Source: Octopus sinensis | Lineage: Eukaryota | Direction of reading: 5' to 3' | DNA length: 64,000 nucleotides | NCBI RefSeq assembly: GCF_006345805.1 | Contig: NC_042997.1 | Span: forward strand, 89,776,001 to 89,840,000 | Shown: positions 61,540-64,000 of the stretch, in pieces | Position numbering within the stretch: position 1 is the first letter of the stretch | Layout: every line of letters begins with the position of its first letter | Notes under the pieces: generated by a model | Databases searched by the model: none | Told to the model about the DNA's origin: nothing | What the model saw: the letters and a program-made list of their open reading frames with translations, nothing else | Program-made: the position numbers and the translations under genes

Positions 61540-61880
61540 TGTAACCTTTGAAAGTTGGTGTGGTGTGAGTGATTACAGCTCAGCTTGAACTCCTGTTGGT
61601 ATTGTGTGAAAAATGTAAGTAGGAACTAATTGCAGAGATGTTCAGAGCTAGTGCAGAATTATTCAGCAAAATGTTTGGTGTGGAGTCCAGAAACTATTGA
61701 GTGTGTTAGTAGAGATTGAGAAGTAAATTAAGGGTAGAGATGGATATGTATGTTGCTAGCACAAACGTATAGGACTATATTCAGAAACAAGTAGCATATA
61801 TATGAGCCTGTGGTTATATTGTGCAGTTCAGTGAATCTTCCTCAATTAGTTGGGTCTTCTAATTTTGGTTGCTGTGTAGG
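61540..61880 (-). mobile_element. Possible L2-like 3' remnant
   Basis: Weak by-eye resemblance to L2-type C-terminal segments; heavily decayed. Confidence 0.3.
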
Positions 61881-62646
61881 ATGATTGTTGGTACCAGTGG
61901 CATCATCATCATCATCATTTTAATGTTCACTTTTCCCTGCTTGCATGGGTTGGTTGGAGTTTATTGAGGCAGATTTTCTATGGTTGGATGCCCTTCCTGT
62001 TGCCAATCCTTGTCTCTCCAAGGAAGGTAATTTCCAAGCAAGGCACGTTTTCACAGATTATTGAAAATGAATGGCTTTCATTTCCAATGTTACTCAATTT
62101 TTAAGACAAGAAGACACACACACACTGGGCTTCTTTCAGCTTCCATCTATCAAATCCACTCACAGGGTTTTGACTTAATGATGTCATTCACCTTGACTAA
62201 CTCAATTGCTATCTACTTCTCAGTCAAAAGTAAAGTATATATATATATATATATATATACTAATACCTAATTGTCATCTACTTATAAAAAAAAACTATTT
62301 CGTTGATCCTTCCCTGTGACCAGTCGGGTTAGTACAAGACTTTGGTCTTGGTTGACCTGGAGCTATAATTAAAAATACTTGCCCGAGTACCATGCTGTGG
62401 GATAGAACCCAAAACCATGTGGTTGGAAAGCAAACTTCTTAACCAAAGAGCCATGCCTATACCTACATTGTGTAGTAATAATCTAATCACTTGAGCTTTG
62501 CAGAGAATCCTCAACTAATGAGAGCTCAGGTAATTTGTGCTCCTGAAGACGGAACCTAATTTTGGGGACACAAACCTGGCGGCGTGTGACCTTGCTGTGA
62601 AAAGATATTCAGAGATCAGGAGAACTGGCATTTGTAATGATTTTAA

Positions 62647-62870
62647 CTCTTGTTACAATATTTCTGTGAAAATAATTCTGCTTTTATTTCATTTAATTTT
62701 GAAAATAATGCAGAATTTAGTAAAATAACTTTGTTGTTATTAAAACTGGTGTTTGAAACATAAACTAACATGAAATATTGATGGAAGGTTTTAATTTAGA
62801 TAATTTTAAAACGGGATGTTTTTGTATCCTAGAATCAGAGCTGGTCTCAGATGAGTTGGTATCAAAAAGG
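62647..62870. mobile_element. piggyBac-like MITE, family 2
   Basis: TTAA|CTCTTGTTAC...GGTATCAAAAAGG|TTAA. Confidence 0.55.
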
Positions 62871-63919
62871 TTAAGGACCTTTAGTTTGGAGGTGGGGGGA
62901 AAAATGTAAATATAATTGCATCAAAGCAAAAATGGAATTAGAAGTGGGAATACTGTGAATTTTCAAATAAAAACATATTGCAGAGATTTGTTAAAATAAA
63001 TAGAGAAATAAAAACTCAATCTCACCTGTGTGATCTTTCATAAAAAAAAGAGAAAAAGAAAGAGAAACAGAATTTCAAAAACTGTTGCTGATAATATATG
63101 TCACCTTTTGAAGCATTTTAGATGTATCCCCCAAATTTTTATGACTTAAATTAGTCAAAATCAATAACAGCAACTTGTAAATTGCGATTGCCTGTCAGAA
63201 TAAAGGTTATCTGCTGAACTATATCAGCCACTTTAGGTAAGTTTTAAAAGAAATATTATGTCGCAATCACTTTAGAACTAGATTTAGGTAGCAAAAAGAA
63301 AAAACACAATCAAAAGCAGTGATGAAATATTAAGGATGATCTGTTAGTATTCTTTTTTTTTTAAATGATATTCTATTTTTTCGAAAACAATTGCAGCGTG
63401 GAAGGTGTTTATAAGCCATTTAAGAAACACACAAAAGCCGTTCGATTCACTTCAACATTTAAGTTTAATTTGTCAAAATATTTTCGTCGCTAAAATCCGC
63501 GACCTGTTCACTGACAAAAATCCGTGCTTCTTTAAAAAATTCTTTGTGATTTACTACATTATTAGTATTTTTTTTTGTTTTTGAAAATTTGTTGCAGGTC
63601 AACTACTTGTGATGTTAGTACAATGAGAAGTAGTTGTAAAGCTCAAGTTGTCAAAGAAATGTTAGAGTACAGGTGGCCTAAATGTGTAATATAGACAAGA
63701 AGTGGAGTGATGGTGTGTTGTACTAACCATACTGGTTACAGGGAAGGAACACAGAAATAGGCTCTTTTTAGATAATAATTAGGTATTATATATATATATA
63801 TTTCATTTGACTGAGAAATAGATAGCAATTAAGTTAGTCAAGGTGAATGACAATATCATTAAACTTAGGCTAGTTGATGGTCCACATGATGGTCACCTCT
63901 CTATATATTACTGAGGTGC

Positions 63920-64000
63920 AGGCATGGCTGTGTGGTAAGATATTTTTTTTCTAACCACATGATTCTGGGTTCAGTCTCACTGCATGGCACTTTAGGCAAG
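63920..64000 (+). mobile_element. SINE family B head, truncated by the window end
   Basis: gcatggctgtgtggtaag...ctgggttcagtctcactgcatggcactttaggcaag. Confidence 0.65.

Noticed and set aside
61560-61620. Donor-like AAT|gtaagt
   Set aside because: Falls within a probable antisense L2-like remnant; no good acceptor or frame.
63199-63236. Exon-like segment ending TAG|gtaagt (NKGYLLNYISHF)
   Set aside because: Weak acceptor, and it lies in a CpG-containing stretch (~63090-63600) that looks like an interspersed repeat.

Overview
AT-rich, microsatellite-rich eukaryotic DNA. The SINE, RTE and Tc1/mariner repeats resemble those I associate with octopus genomes; this is recognition from memory, not a database result. 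The window looks mostly intronic or intergenic and is dominated by transposable elements. The only long intact ORF (39031-42135, minus) is APE endonuclease + reverse transcriptase of a CR1-group LINE. It has a CCCH-finger ORF1 upstream, and its 3' tail is shared with an abundant local SINE family, with compensatory changes in a small stem-loop. Fossils of Helitron, mariner, maT (D37D), Tigger/pogo, hAT-Charlie, piggyBac-like MITEs, Tx1/L1, RTE, L2-like, Penelope and probably Gypsy elements are present. Structural oddities include a near-perfect 315-bp palindrome (35786-36100) and a TGT...ACA foldback element with a 4-bp TSD nested in an hAT element with an 8-bp TSD. Two short plus-strand segments with good splice signals (52694-52753, 56857-56912) may be exons of an unidentified host gene. 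I found no rRNA, bona fide tRNA or CRISPR array. Repeat boundaries were read by eye and are approximate unless termini or TSDs are quoted.
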